A DNA stretch of 63,967 bases, the filler included, from Reticulomyxa filosa (Eukaryota; Protista; Foraminifera): assembly GCA_000512085.1 (NCBI GenBank). It is 18 parts of 18 records of this genome, joined end to end, with 100 filler letters (N's around TTAATTAATTAA, not from the genome) between each part and the next. Parts side by side here need not be neighbours in the genome. Positions count along the whole stretch, not along the records: positions 24,189 to 26,835 come from ASPP01010261.1; positions 26,936 to 30,459 come from ASPP01039482.1; positions 30,560 to 32,414 come from ASPP01004221.1; positions 32,515 to 34,012 come from ASPP01001881.1; positions 34,113 to 39,079 come from ASPP01009546.1; 13 more parts are not named here. One strand, given 5' to 3'. Under the pieces are notes generated by a model. It was not told the origin of the DNA, did not search any database, and saw only the letters and a list, made by a program, of their open reading frames with translations. Of this stretch, positions 24,275-36,992 are shown one piece after another. Each line of letters opens with the position of its first letter. Within the stretch, counting starts at the first letter, position 1. The position numbers and the translations under genes were made by a program.

Positions 24275-26126
24275 TCAAACCAATGGAGTGATGAATGGCT
24301 TGGAAAACTCCAAAAAGTGTGGAATTTTCTTTAATTCCAAGTCTTCTTTTTCCAAAAGCAACGGCTGCTCTGCGCTTTGTTGTGTGCTGTCGTCATCCTC
24401 TTGTCGTGACAACTTCCTCTCCTTTCTCCTCCGTCTTCTCTCCCTTCTTTGATCTTTTTCAGTCTTGTACTTTTCCTCCAATACAAGTGTCACAAATTCA
24501 TCGTCTTCGTTTTCGTTATCGTTTTCGTCTTCATCATCGTCTTCATTTTCATTCTCATCTCCGTTGTGTCTGTCTTGCTCCTCCTTGCCATTGTCATTGT
24601 CATTGTCATTGCTATTGCTATTGCTATTGCTATTGCCATTGCTATTGCCATTGCTATTGCCATTGTAATTGTTTGTGCAATCATCTCTTTGGTTTTCTTT
24701 TGCAATGGCCGAACACAGCACGCTCTCGCTGTTGGCATTTGAATTGGCGTCGCCACATTGGAGTGGTAAGTCCGGACATGACTGCGACATCAATAGCAAA
24801 GCGGAGCCCAATCCGGCATCTCTTGGCGGTGTGGCCATCATCGTTTCGTCGATCACGTACGTGAGATCACTCACTTTGTCTAATGTTTTCTCCCAATCCC
24901 TTTTGAGACAAACACGCTCATGTTTATAATCAGAGTTTCTATCCAAATTTTTAAAAATTTTTTGTTAAGATAAATCAATATAAGAGACGGATAGAAAAGG
25001 CAAAGAAAGGGGGGGGAGGACATTAAAAAGACATAATACAATAGCATATAATATATACATATATACATATATACATATATACATATATACATATGTATAT
25101 ATGTATATATATATATACTTGTCATTGTTATTGTGATCAACGTCGACGTTGACCTCTTTTTGTGTGCTCGACATAAGCAACGCTTGTGCCAGAGTAGTGG
25201 CATTGGCGATGATGTCATTCAATAGACATTCTGTTGTGTTCAGTTGTTTCAAGTTCAAAAAGTAGGCACACACAAAACGTTTACAACACATGTCATATGA
25301 CAACAAATGCTTCACACATGCTGTTTTGCTCATTCGATTCGCCAAGTCCGTTGCTTTTCGATTATACTATCTCCACCATCACATATTACATAATAATAAT
25401 AATAATAATAATAATAATTATTATTATTATATATGCATATAATATGTACATATATATTTTTGGAGTCGACCGAAAATATGGGAGTGTGATTACATATGCA
25501 TAAGCGTACGTACACGAAAAGAAGAGGGAAAAAGGAGAGAAAAAAAAATGTTTATAAGGTTATCCTTGTTTTATGCCAAATCCCTTAGGATAAGCACTAA
25601 AATATAGCTTCCAAAACAAAGTAACATATAACATATATGCGCATATGCACGCATATGTGCTCAACGTGACAAAAAAAAAACAAACTTAACTTGTCGGTTG
25701 TTAACACATCTCTGGTCGACCGTGGAGTCCTTCCAACGATATGGAAATATCATCACTGGAGTCTGCATGTTTGTTTTACTCTTGTTTCAATCCATGTCAT
25801 AGTCACAACATAACATACAATAATACACTTACATCAACCGCATTCTTTGCCAAGGCTTTCAACATCTTCTCCTTTTTCAACTTTTGTCTTTTCTCATGCT
25901 CGATTGCTCTTCTATTTTGAACACGTATCGTCGATCGATGGTCAATTGTCGAAACATTACTGATGCTCAATTTTGGCATAGTGAGCCAACTAAAAAATGA
26001 AGAAGCTTTCTTGTTATTCCCAATTTGTGGCGAACCATTTGGGTACGCTTTTGATCTGCTACTTTTGTGATCACAATCAACTGCTACACGATTGTGTTCT
26101 AAGGATTGTCTTTTATTACCATTCAT
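24275..26126 (-). CDS. Hypothetical multi-exon protein with Asn/Ser/Gly and acidic low-complexity tracts
   Basis: Several minus-strand ORF segments are separated by poly-T and (TATA) intron-like sequence. No family was recognised and the boundaries are approximate. Confidence 0.45.
24588..24666. repeat. Hexanucleotide microsatellite (ATTGTC/ATTGCT/ATTGCC)n
   Basis: Directly visible. It encodes NGNSN/NDND runs on the minus strand. Confidence 0.85.
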
Positions 26127-26935
26127 TCTTTTACTATGAACACAACGTAATGTTATCGATGATATATAATTCAAAATAGTTTCTGCAAGAAAGTTCTTCA
26201 AATTTTTTTTCAGTGTTTTTTTTTTTTTTTGCACAGCGACTCTTTGCACAATAAGATTCGAGTGCATAGATCGAATGTTTCGAAAAATATGGAGATATGA
26301 TATATATACGTTCGTAAGAGTAGTAACAGACACCGAACTGTGCTTTGATATCAACGGTGTCACATTCTATGTTTAAATACACATAAGAACCAAGATAAAT
26401 TAATATAAAAAATAAAATTTGTTTTTGTGATCTTGAAATAGATTTGTTAAGCTGTGTGCATCAGCACTGTTCTGTTTAAAAAATTTATAGTTTTTGAGAG
26501 TTGTACGTGCTCCCTACTGTACAGTAGAGCTTCAAGGGAACTGTGGAACCCCCCCAGTGGACTAAACTCTTCACAAACAACACTTTTTTTTTTTGTTTTC
26601 TTTGTCGTTTGTGAATTATCTTAAGTTTCTTTTGTATTACACTGGTCATGCTCACTGTCCCTATGTTTATGATTAACCCGAAGAGCAATTCCTTTTGAGT
26701 TAATATTTACCGTACTTACAATACTCTTGTAATAAAACAATAATATTAGTTTTCTTGAATAAAGAATTTTTTTTATTCAAAATCAATATTTGTTTCTTTT
26801 ATTTTGGTTGAACACGTTGGCATTGACAATTCTTCNNNNNNNNNNNNNNNNNNNNNNNNNNNNNNNNNNNNNNNNNNNNTTAATTAATTAANNNNNNNNN
26901 NNNNNNNNNNNNNNNNNNNNNNNNNNNNNNNNNNN

Positions 26936-29900
26936 ACAGATGGAAAGAGTACGTCCAAGCATTGGCACGAATAGAAGAAGTGGCAAGAACAGAAAAAGAC
27001 ATTTCGATTGCAGAGGCATCTCAATACTACGATGCGTGCGCTGAGTGTGTGGGTAAAGATGTTTCATCATACGCGAAAATTGGTTTTTTTGATGTATTGA
27101 TTCGTTGTGAGAACGAACTGAAAATATTGGCAAGGGATTCAGATTTTACGAATAACACAGAGTTTGAGAGGGTTGTTCATGCATTGAAAGAAAGCAATCA
27201 CCAAGGTCTTCAGCAGTTGGCCCATTCCTTGAAATGTGTGAATCCCGTAATGCAACAAAGATTGTGGTGTCGATTGGACACTATGACCAATTTGATCAAA
27301 GCTATATTGTCATTATGTCCAAATGAAGAAAACTTTGTGCAAATGCTGAAAGACTGTTGTGATGCAAATTTGAAAAATATTTCTTCCTTAGTCAAGGAGG
27401 AAGATAAAGTCCGTACAGAAAAAAGTTTGGAGCAATTGAAGGAGGCAGTGACGTATGGTCGATGGCAATTTGGAAGTTGTGAAGATATATTGCAAGGAAA
27501 GAAAAACCATGAATTAGTGCTGGAAATTACTACTATCGTTTGGCATTATGACGAAATTGGAAAAAACATTGATCGTATATTGTTTGAGATAGACGGAAAA
27601 GAGTTGAAAGGAATTGAGGTTGTGATTAAACAATTTGGAGAATGCAAAGAAATTAGCGCATTCCAAGTCGAGCTTTGGAAGAAAGGAGGGCGAATATACA
27701 ATCATAATAATTATGATAGTAGTGATAATGAGGTATTATATTTGTCTGTGAATTCACAAATGAGTACATTTACAACGTGCAAAGATCTTTGGCAACAACG
27801 ACTAAGTCAATGGAAAGAACATGCTTTTCAATTAAGAGAAAAGTTTCCTGCTCTCAATTATTTCCGTTTCAATGAAATACACTCTTTAATTTATCAAATT
27901 GATACTTTTCTATCACCCAAATGCCTTGGTCGTTCTCTTCAAGCAGCCAAGTCTATCAAACCGTTTCTTCAGAAAATCAACTGCCAAGTCACTGATAAAG
28001 ATATTGATAAGATATTACAAGATTGGAGATATTTCAATTGTGATATATTGAAAAGTTATGATTTATATAATATTAGCGATCGAGAAGACTTCAAAGAGTG
28101 CAGAGATGCCATTGCAAGGTTTGGATTGATCCTTCAGCCATTATGGGCTTGTCTTCCATCTGATCGTGTTGAGAGGCCATGTCCGATCTTGTTAAATGTC
28201 GGAAAACCTAATTTAATCCTTTATCCACATAAATCACTATTATTGAAAGTATTTGGTTTATTTGAATCGCATGAATATATCCCGCGAGCGGAACATATTT
28301 TGATTTGCAACGAGCATACAGCCGAAGAGGATGTCACTTGTTTGATATTTCGGGCCATTAGCAGCGACAAACGAATGCAAACAGAAACTACAAACATGGA
28401 GATGGATAATGGTTTTGTAAAACCATTATATTGCTTGATGTATCCAGAAAAGTTAGCTCCTGAAACATTGGATCAAGTCTGTAAAAGTGTACATAGTATA
28501 TTATTGGATGATGTTCAATCTGAAAAATTAAAGCATTGCTGTTATATGTTTGCTGTCATGTCCTGCGAACGTGACAATCTTTTATGTAAACTCTTGGAGC
28601 CATTTTGTGTTTCACTCTCAAATATATCACTCCGAACTCTTCCAAATAAAGTGTTATCTCGATTTTATCGTAACAATTGGGCCAATCCACAATCTCATTC
28701 CATTGACACAGAGCCACCATGGATACAGTTGTATACATCGAAACAGGTTGGAATGGGCAAGAGTACACTTATTCAAAGAGATATAGAAAAGATTCGAAAA
28801 ATACACGAAAATAGTACTAAAACGATCAAAGAAATTTGTGTTGCATTTAATAGCAAAGATATCGATTGGATACAAATAATGGATAATCTTTGGAGTTATC
28901 ATCCTTGCCCTGAGGATTCATTAATTATTTATCATTTAAATATCTCCTCTTGTGTTTCAGTGCAAATCAACGACTTTTTATTTGAATTATTATTTCTACA
29001 ACACATTGACTCCAATTCCCAAATATCGCAATGTTTTCATGTCAATTCCAATATGATCTTTTTAATTGAAATTCCTTCCACTTTGGATAATCTCAGTCCC
29101 AATGAAATGTTTTTCAATTTGTTCTCTCGTGTTATTCAATTTCCAAATGTTGAAGTATCGAATCTAAATAATTCATTTGAATTTGGAATGGATGCACAAT
29201 ATACTATCAAATGGATGCAACAATATTTCGAAGGAAATTTAGAGTTCTCTTACATTTTTTTTGCTTTTTTTTTAACAAAAACTACTTGTATCCACCCTGA
29301 TGTACACTTTAAAAAAAAGAGCTGACTTCGACCCAAATACCATGCCAAACCTTCGCGTAGAGGATATGCAACAGTTTATGAAGGAAAACTTTCGTGGAAT
29401 AGCCAACTCAATTCCGGTGCATCAACGTTCTTTTTTCAAATATTTATATCAACAGTTTGAACCTCTGTTACAACCACCATTAAAAGAAAAAAAGATACAA
29501 TTAAGATCTAAAATCACAAAATCTGTGATCGATATGGCCAAAATCTTATGTTGTCGCCAGTATGATCATATCGAACTGAATGAAGACGAGAAAAGCGAAA
29601 AAATCGAAAGTACTGGTGAAGAGGAATTTTATTTGTGTAAAAAATGGCGTAACTCCAGAGAAGGCTGGTTCTTGGTTAATCAAAATAAAGGCTAGAATTT
29701 ATATATATTTGTTTATTTCAAGTAAATAAAATTGTTCGTTAATATGTTCTCATAGAGAATCTTTCCATATTGATTAATGATTCCAAACCAGAATTAGGCA
29801 TTTTGGGAAGGTTAACATCTTATTTTTATCAACAGCAAGATTCGAAACAAATGGAAGCAGCCTTTATAGTTTGAAGCCTTTGTCTCTTTCTTTTTTGCTT

Positions 29901-30459
29901 CTTCACATCTCAAAGTATTAAAATTCGAAACAAACTTAAAGGTAAAAGAATTGGAGGTAGAGGGCTTAGAGGAAACAAATTTGTTATCACAGACGGAAAA
30001 AGAAAAAAAACTACGAGTATTATTGCACATTTTGGGAACCCCAAATCAAGGGATAATGAAGAATAATGAAGAAAAAAAAGGAGAACAAAAGAAAGATGAC
30101 TCGGTAAATATGGAGGTAGAAAATCTTCATGATCAAATTGTGAAAAAGTTATGCTACGATGAAAAATGGTTAAATTATGTGCTGACACTAGACAACATTC
30201 TGAAAATGGTTGCCATTTTTATGAAAATTCGAACTAACACTCCTGTCATTTTAATGGGCGAAACGGGATGTGGAAAGTCATGTCTGATAAAATTTTTAAG
30301 CTATGCCGCCAATGTGAAGTTAATTGCAGTGGATGTCCATGGAGGATTTGGGAGGGATGATCTTCGCCAAGTGATGAAAGATTGTAACACGCAAATGTCT
30401 AGAGATAATGAACCGGAAATGTGGGTATTTTTAGATGAGGTAAACACATCTCCAGATAT
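26936..30459 (+). CDS. RNF213/mysterin-like giant AAA+ ATPase, internal fragment truncated at both contig ends
   Basis: 'LREKFPALNYF', 'EHILIC..T.EEDV', first P-loop 'TSKQVGMGKS', 'YHLNISS..DFLFELLFLQ', 'YVLTLDNILKMVAIFMKIRTNTPVILMGETGCGKSCLIKFL', 'VHGG' and Walker B 'VFLDEVNT' appear in the RNF213 order. Confidence 0.88.
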
Positions 30460-33440
30460 NNNNNNNNNNNNNNNNNNNNNNNNNNNNNNNNNNNNNNNNN
30501 NNNTTAATTAATTAANNNNNNNNNNNNNNNNNNNNNNNNNNNNNNNNNNNNNNNNNNNNGTTCGATCAGTTACGTACATATTTGCATGCACAATATCATA
30601 AATATATTTACAAACAAAAAAAAAAATTATGATAGATACAGTGTGTAACGAAAATAGAAATTGATTTGCATCAAGCATAGATATATTACATTTCGTGCTT
30701 TTTTTTATCCAAACGATAAAATATTAACATCACATCAACGTACGCGTCGATTTGAACAGCAAATAATACACCATATAGTACAAATGGAGATGAAATATGA
30801 TGATTTGAGCAATCGATATTGTACAACGGAATTATGTATACCAGCAAATATCAACACAAATAATGAGGAATCTAACGATCGGATGCAACTGCAATGTGGA
30901 AATAGTTTATGGTGATTCGCTTGTATGTCTTTCGTATTGTATATCACCACATCTGCTTATACTATTCACATGAATATATACATGAACTTATTTACATGCA
31001 ATTCAATACTAGCATATACCTTTATCGCATGCTATATTAACCAAGAAAAAAAAAAAAAAGACATACAATCATTAAACAAAAAAATTGTCATCCGTTGGCC
31101 CAATATCGAATATTCACGTTGCGATGAAAGGGAATCAAATTATACTTGTCATTGCACCACCAAACATTATCGAGATCTTCGCCCGTTTGTCTCAATTTTC
31201 TAACGGTTTATTATTATTAATTTTTTTTTTTATGTCTGGGTGGTGCGATAGTAAATGTGGGATTGGAATAACATTGGATCCGTCAAATATCACTTTTGAG
31301 TTGGATCCTCAAACCCATATCACTGTCGAATGGCATTACCAAATAGCATTCCCTTGGATTCGATGAAATTGGAATGAGTATAATTGATCAACGAAATTGA
31401 ATTGATTTGGATTGGATTAGATCGAATAATAAATTAATTGAATTAATGGAACAAATCAAGTTGTACTCGGGATTAATTAAATAACAAATTGTATGAGATA
31501 GACTAGTTGAGACTTTCTTTTTAATTATATATAATATATATATTCTTTTTTTTTCCACTTGGGACTGGAACTATCGTAAGAATAGAACTGAAGAGGTTAG
31601 AGGAGAAAGGAGACAGAATACCTTGCATGCTACAAAACACACCGTAGTATCAGTTTGTTATATATTCCACTAACAACCTGATACAAATGATAACAAAGAA
31701 AGAAACTTAAATTTTCGGATTTAATTTCTTTGTGCAGAGTTTCTTGTCACTTTCTTGCGCAATCTTTTGTTCGTTTCAGACGACACGACATATTCCAAAA
31801 TATACAAAAACAACATATATCATTCAACACACACAATTTATATTTTTATTTCATTTGACTTTTTTTTTTTTTTTTGACAGAAAAAAACAAAAAATATATT
31901 GACTCAAATGGTTTCATGAAGTGATTCGCGTCCTGGCAAGGTATTCCTGTCTTCCTCCCTATTCTTTTCTCTTCTCTTCTTTTTTTTTTTGAGTTCCTAT
32001 TTGTCCCTTTTATATTATCACACTAAAAAAAAAAATACATGAATCCGTCCACTGGAGTCTCAACCCATCACTCTTTGGCTCGTATCTCATGTGTCCCTTT
32101 CCAACCTGATCCACTTCCGATTCAATTTCTTTATGAACTAGTTCAATCCTCAACAACTCTCAATCACCAACACCCAATACCCAATCTGCAATCATCTATC
32201 CACTTCGAAGCACTCCAAATCTGTAATGCCATAAGACCTATCCAAATCGGATCAAATGCTTGATTTGACGACAGAGTGGAGGGGGGCGAGCTTTGCAATG
32301 AGATATATTTCTAATATTCATTCCTACATAAAATCCCAGCATAATCACGACATGTTCGATCTCCAAAAATGGACACATTCGTATCTTTTGATTCCCATTT
32401 TCTTAGCCTATATGNNNNNNNNNNNNNNNNNNNNNNNNNNNNNNNNNNNNNNNNNNNNTTAATTAATTAANNNNNNNNNNNNNNNNNNNNNNNNNNNNNN
32501 NNNNNNNNNNNNNNTTTTATTGATTACTTTGTAAGACATTGTAATTTTAATACTGCATTCCTTGTGAGTGAGGTGCTTGGTTGCGATGTTTTTTCCCTTT
32601 CCTTTTCGTTTTGGAATTTCAATATTACAACTCTATCAGCTAAAAAAAAAAAGAATCGGCATGACAATCTGATGCGCTTGTGATACAACTTCACATCTTC
32701 TTTCATTCGTCGTATTCAAGAGGATGAAGTTGGGAAATAACATTAAAAAAAAATCAATATTATCATTAACAATCATCGTGAACAATCTTCAAGATTAACC
32801 CGAGATCACTTCAAGTAAACTTAGAACAAACAGATATTTCGATATATCTCAAACTAGTCGGAAAAAGTCAAGTCGTTTCAAACCAACCAATAAGATACTG
32901 AAAGTCAAAATTTGAAAAAATCTTTGACTAGTAAAATTATTTTTTTTAAATATTGTAAGCAGTGTGACTTAGTACTTTTTTGGAATCAACTTCGGTTCAG
33001 CACAAAATCCACCAACTTTTAAGGCACGCATGGTTAAAAGAAAGAGTCTTTTACCGAGCGTAGTGCTAACAAGAAAGCCGTTTAACAAGGCTTGCCGGAT
33101 AAAGGTATAGTCAGCACAATTATTCTTTAGTGATGTTGTTACGAGGTGAATATATTCCCTTTGCAGATGTAATTGAGTGCTGATATACTCAGGCCTAGCA
33201 ACACAGGTTCATAAAAGAATTTATGCTTTTATCAAGATTCAGTATGCAAATTCTCAAATTTGTAATGTTGCTGATTGCGATTCCAAAGTATTCAATGAAT
33301 GAACAAGCTTTGCAAATGCAATTACAAGTCTCTATGCGACCTGAAGTGAATTAGAAAAAGAAAGATGAAGAGATTACTTTGACAACATATGGAAATTCTC
33401 GTCAAGAATTCGACATAATTTTCTGTGTTCATCACCGACA

Positions 33441-33611
33441 TTAGTGGTTGTGAAAGGAATTGGTCCTGAAGAAGATATTGCTGATATTTAATCAGAATTG
33501 GAGAATGAAGGTCATGCGATTAGAACAGTTTATCGTTCGAAGAAATCGCAAACAGTCATTCATATACATTACAAGTCTATAGATCAAGCCAAGACCTCTA
33601 TCAAAAGATGA
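33441..33611 (+). mobile_element. Decayed non-LTR retrotransposon ORF1 (gag-like RRM) fragment
   Basis: 'LVVVKGIGPEEDIADI*SELENEGHAIRTVYRSKKSQTVIHIHYKSIDQAK' resembles the LINE ORF1 pattern 'VIKGI..I..EL...G..I..V.R'. There is an in-frame TAA at 33489 and the surrounding contig is stop-riddled. Confidence 0.5.
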
Positions 33612-34112
33612 TGAAATAACACAATCATCAAACAAGAAGATGAGGACGAATTATGGTCCACATGTCGCCCCATCACAAAACGAAAACGAAAGAAAAAAAG
33701 AAGAAAGAATTGAATGACGACAACATTTGGAAGCAGAGAAGCATCAAGATTCGTAGTGATTACTTTTGTCAGACACCAGTGGATGGAAAATAATTGAAAT
33801 CATCATCAGTATTGAGATTGATTGGTGGTGGAAATGTCAAGCAATTTGCATCAAAGATCAAAGCACACACGTTCTCATAGACTTGGAGAACATTGTATGT
33901 GCATTTTGATCATCAAAAGATCAATAGAGAAGGATTGGAAAGTATTGCAACATCATTCAACGAGTTGCATCAACAAGATAATGAAGAAGAAAGAAAAAGA
34001 ACAAAAGAAAAANNNNNNNNNNNNNNNNNNNNNNNNNNNNNNNNNNNNNNNNNNNNTTAATTAATTAANNNNNNNNNNNNNNNNNNNNNNNNNNNNNNNN
34101 NNNNNNNNNNNN

Positions 34113-36300
34113 TGTGATTGTGATTGTGATTGTGATTGTGATTGTGGCTGTGATCCTAGTCGTGATCGCAGTCGTTCTTGTAGTTGTGGTATGCTTTCCT
34201 CATCATCTTCTGCATCTGTATTCTCGTTATATTGCACTACCCTTCGTCGTCGCAGCTGTGCACGCAATGAATGAAAACACATATTTGTTGTTGTAATCTT
34301 TTTTCGTCATCTCTCTCTCAAACAAAAACAAAAATAAAAATAAAACAATATTTCATACCCTTACCACTCTTGTACTGGCATCCGAGTCGCTTCTTTCATT
34401 ATCACTGATATCAACGATACCGCGACGATCCGTAATTCTTAACTCACGTTGCAGGTTTGCAGCTCTGCCTACGGCCAACTGCCATCTGCGTGCAACCTCT
34501 AATACGAAACGCGAGGTATTGCGTGAGATATCTTCAAACGGCCTTGTTGCGGTAACGGATGGAATCAAACTATTCTTGCCGTTTGCTTGGGGGTGTACAT
34601 AAAGACGATATGTGTCATTGCCATTCCCATTGGCATTGACGTCTGAAGCAATGCGTTGTCCCATTCGTGTAAATCCTAAAGTCAAAACATAGTTTAAAAG
34701 AGGTGTACAATACAATTGGTAAAAACAAAACAAAACAAAACAAAATTATAATCGTTTGTCAAAACTTTCATTCACAGCATCAACTATGCGATCGTTGTTC
34801 TCTGTTCTGTCAATGGATACGCTTAGCTCAAGTGATGAGGAATTCGGTACTTGATCTGTGTTGTTTCCGTCTTTATCAAGCGACTATTATATTATACACG
34901 TATACATATATATACATATATATGTATATATATATGTATACATATATGTTTATGTATATACCATATAAACATGCGTATAAACATATATGTATACTTGTAT
35001 ACGTATACTTATATGTGTAAGTATACACATGTAACTATATATGTATACGTATGATTCTTCCAAAGAAAGCATCAAATAAATAAATAAATTGAACACAGTG
35101 AAAGATTAGCTGACAGGAATAGGTCTATTGGAAATTGCAGAAGCAAAGTTGATGAACATTTGCAAATCATTCGGCAACAAGTACGACAAGGAAAGTAGCG
35201 TGTCTAAAAAATGTTCCGAGTACGTAAAGTAATTGTGCCAAAGTGGTCGTGCAGCAAGTGTATCTTTTCCAAGCGGCAACGGGCAATTTGCGTTGTCTTC
35301 ACTCATCACTGTGAGGGCAAAGGGGGTCAACTTTATTCTAAATCCTTCTTCAAAAACAAACACACACACACATAAACAAACTTTGCAAAATGTGAGTCAC
35401 TTTTTCAGACATCAACGGCTCTTTTCCAATGCCTTCTTGCAAATCACTTGCTTCAGACAGTTTTTTATTTCTGAATGATAACATCGTTCGTTGCATTTTC
35501 AGCGTCATGTAATAGTCATTTCTTCCGAAATGCTGACACAGAAATCCAATTTTCATTTCATTAAAATATTGCGTCTACATTTCAATCGTTTTTATTCGTC
35601 AAACAATATTCAAAACACTTTTTAATGGATTAAATAAAATCAAATTCTTTCTTTTTTTTTTTTTTTTCTTTTGATCATCTTCTTTGATTTGCTAATGATT
35701 CAGTTTTTTTGTTTGTTTGTTTTTTTGTATACAAAACTTGAATCTCTTTTCGACGTTCTATATCAGTTTGGAAAGTTTTTTTGAGCATATCGATTCGGGC
35801 ATTAATCAGATGAGCATATGGATTGTTGTTTCGGGTGAGATAGCTCATTTCTTCTTGCAAACATTGAATTAGCTTTCGCTTCAACTCATTCATGTGACTT
35901 GGTTGTGTTCTTTTCTTCAGTTCTTCGTCAGCTTCGTTTTCGTATTTGTCTTCTTTTTCATACTTTTCGTCTTTTTCTTCTTTTTCATTTTTTTCGTCGT
36001 TGCCTCCATTTTTTTCATTCACTCCATTTTGCCTATATTAATTTTTTCCCATCCCCTCAGTTATTTTCATAAGTCTTCCCTTCTTCATTAATCCCTAGAA
36101 ATTTTTTTTTTTTTTTTTTTTGCTCATTGAGTATTCACTCAACAGTGAATATGTTGCCAACATGCCGATTATGTTATTGATTTTTATTTGCCTGTCCGCT
36201 GCTTTTTTGAATTCATCTCTGTTCCATCCCACAAGTGCGTGATCATGTGTTTTCCACACATCGATTGGAAAAACAAACAAAACACTACTCTGCTGATCAA
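34113..36300 (-). CDS. Hypothetical multi-exon protein, 3' truncated
   Basis: A series of minus-strand coding segments is separated by poly-A/T introns. No family was recognised. Confidence 0.4.
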
Positions 36301-36992
36301 TGAAAAAAAAAAGGAAACAAAACTTGTCTTTTTCACGAGTTATTAAGCCATCGCATAAAGCAAAGGAATACAATAGCAAAAAATCTGCAGTGCACAGTTT
36401 ATCTTCCTGATTATTTTATATTGTGATTGATCTCATGGAGGGACAAAATTGGAGTACCTGTAAATTCTTCTCTTTTCACGTAAAAAAAATACTTAACGTC
36501 TTCAGAGAAAAGTATTTTTGAAAATTGCTCTGGCAAACCATTTGTTAGTCCAAGTCTTGACATTGAAGCGTATCAAAGAGATGTGTTTTTCCCAAATAAA
36601 AAATTTCTGGATATCACTCCTTTTTTTAAAAAAACAAGGGTACACGCTGACGTGCCAAAAAAAAAAATGGAGGGATTGGAAATGTCAAAATTGTGATACA
36701 AAGACGTTTGGAAAAGGCATTCGGAATCTTCAATAGAAAAGAGATTTGAAGAAGTGACAGAAAAAAGAAAAACCTTGCCAAAATTTTGTAACAGACAATT
36801 CAAAATGTTTACAAAAAAGGCAATGCCAATTCCGTGTTGGCAACTCAAACCGCACTGCCTGACGTTTTTTTGTGAAACATTCCAAAGAGTCCACATTTGC
36901 ACAAACTTTGTACAAATCTGTTAAAAAAAGAACAACACAATGTTGTATAGAGCAGCATTGAATTGAAGCACTATGTGTAAACAACACGGTGA

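Noticed and set aside
24295-24864. Cys/His-rich 'CHCHCYCY' ORF as a metallothionein-like protein
   Set aside because: It is the antisense reading of a hexamer microsatellite within a minus-strand gene.
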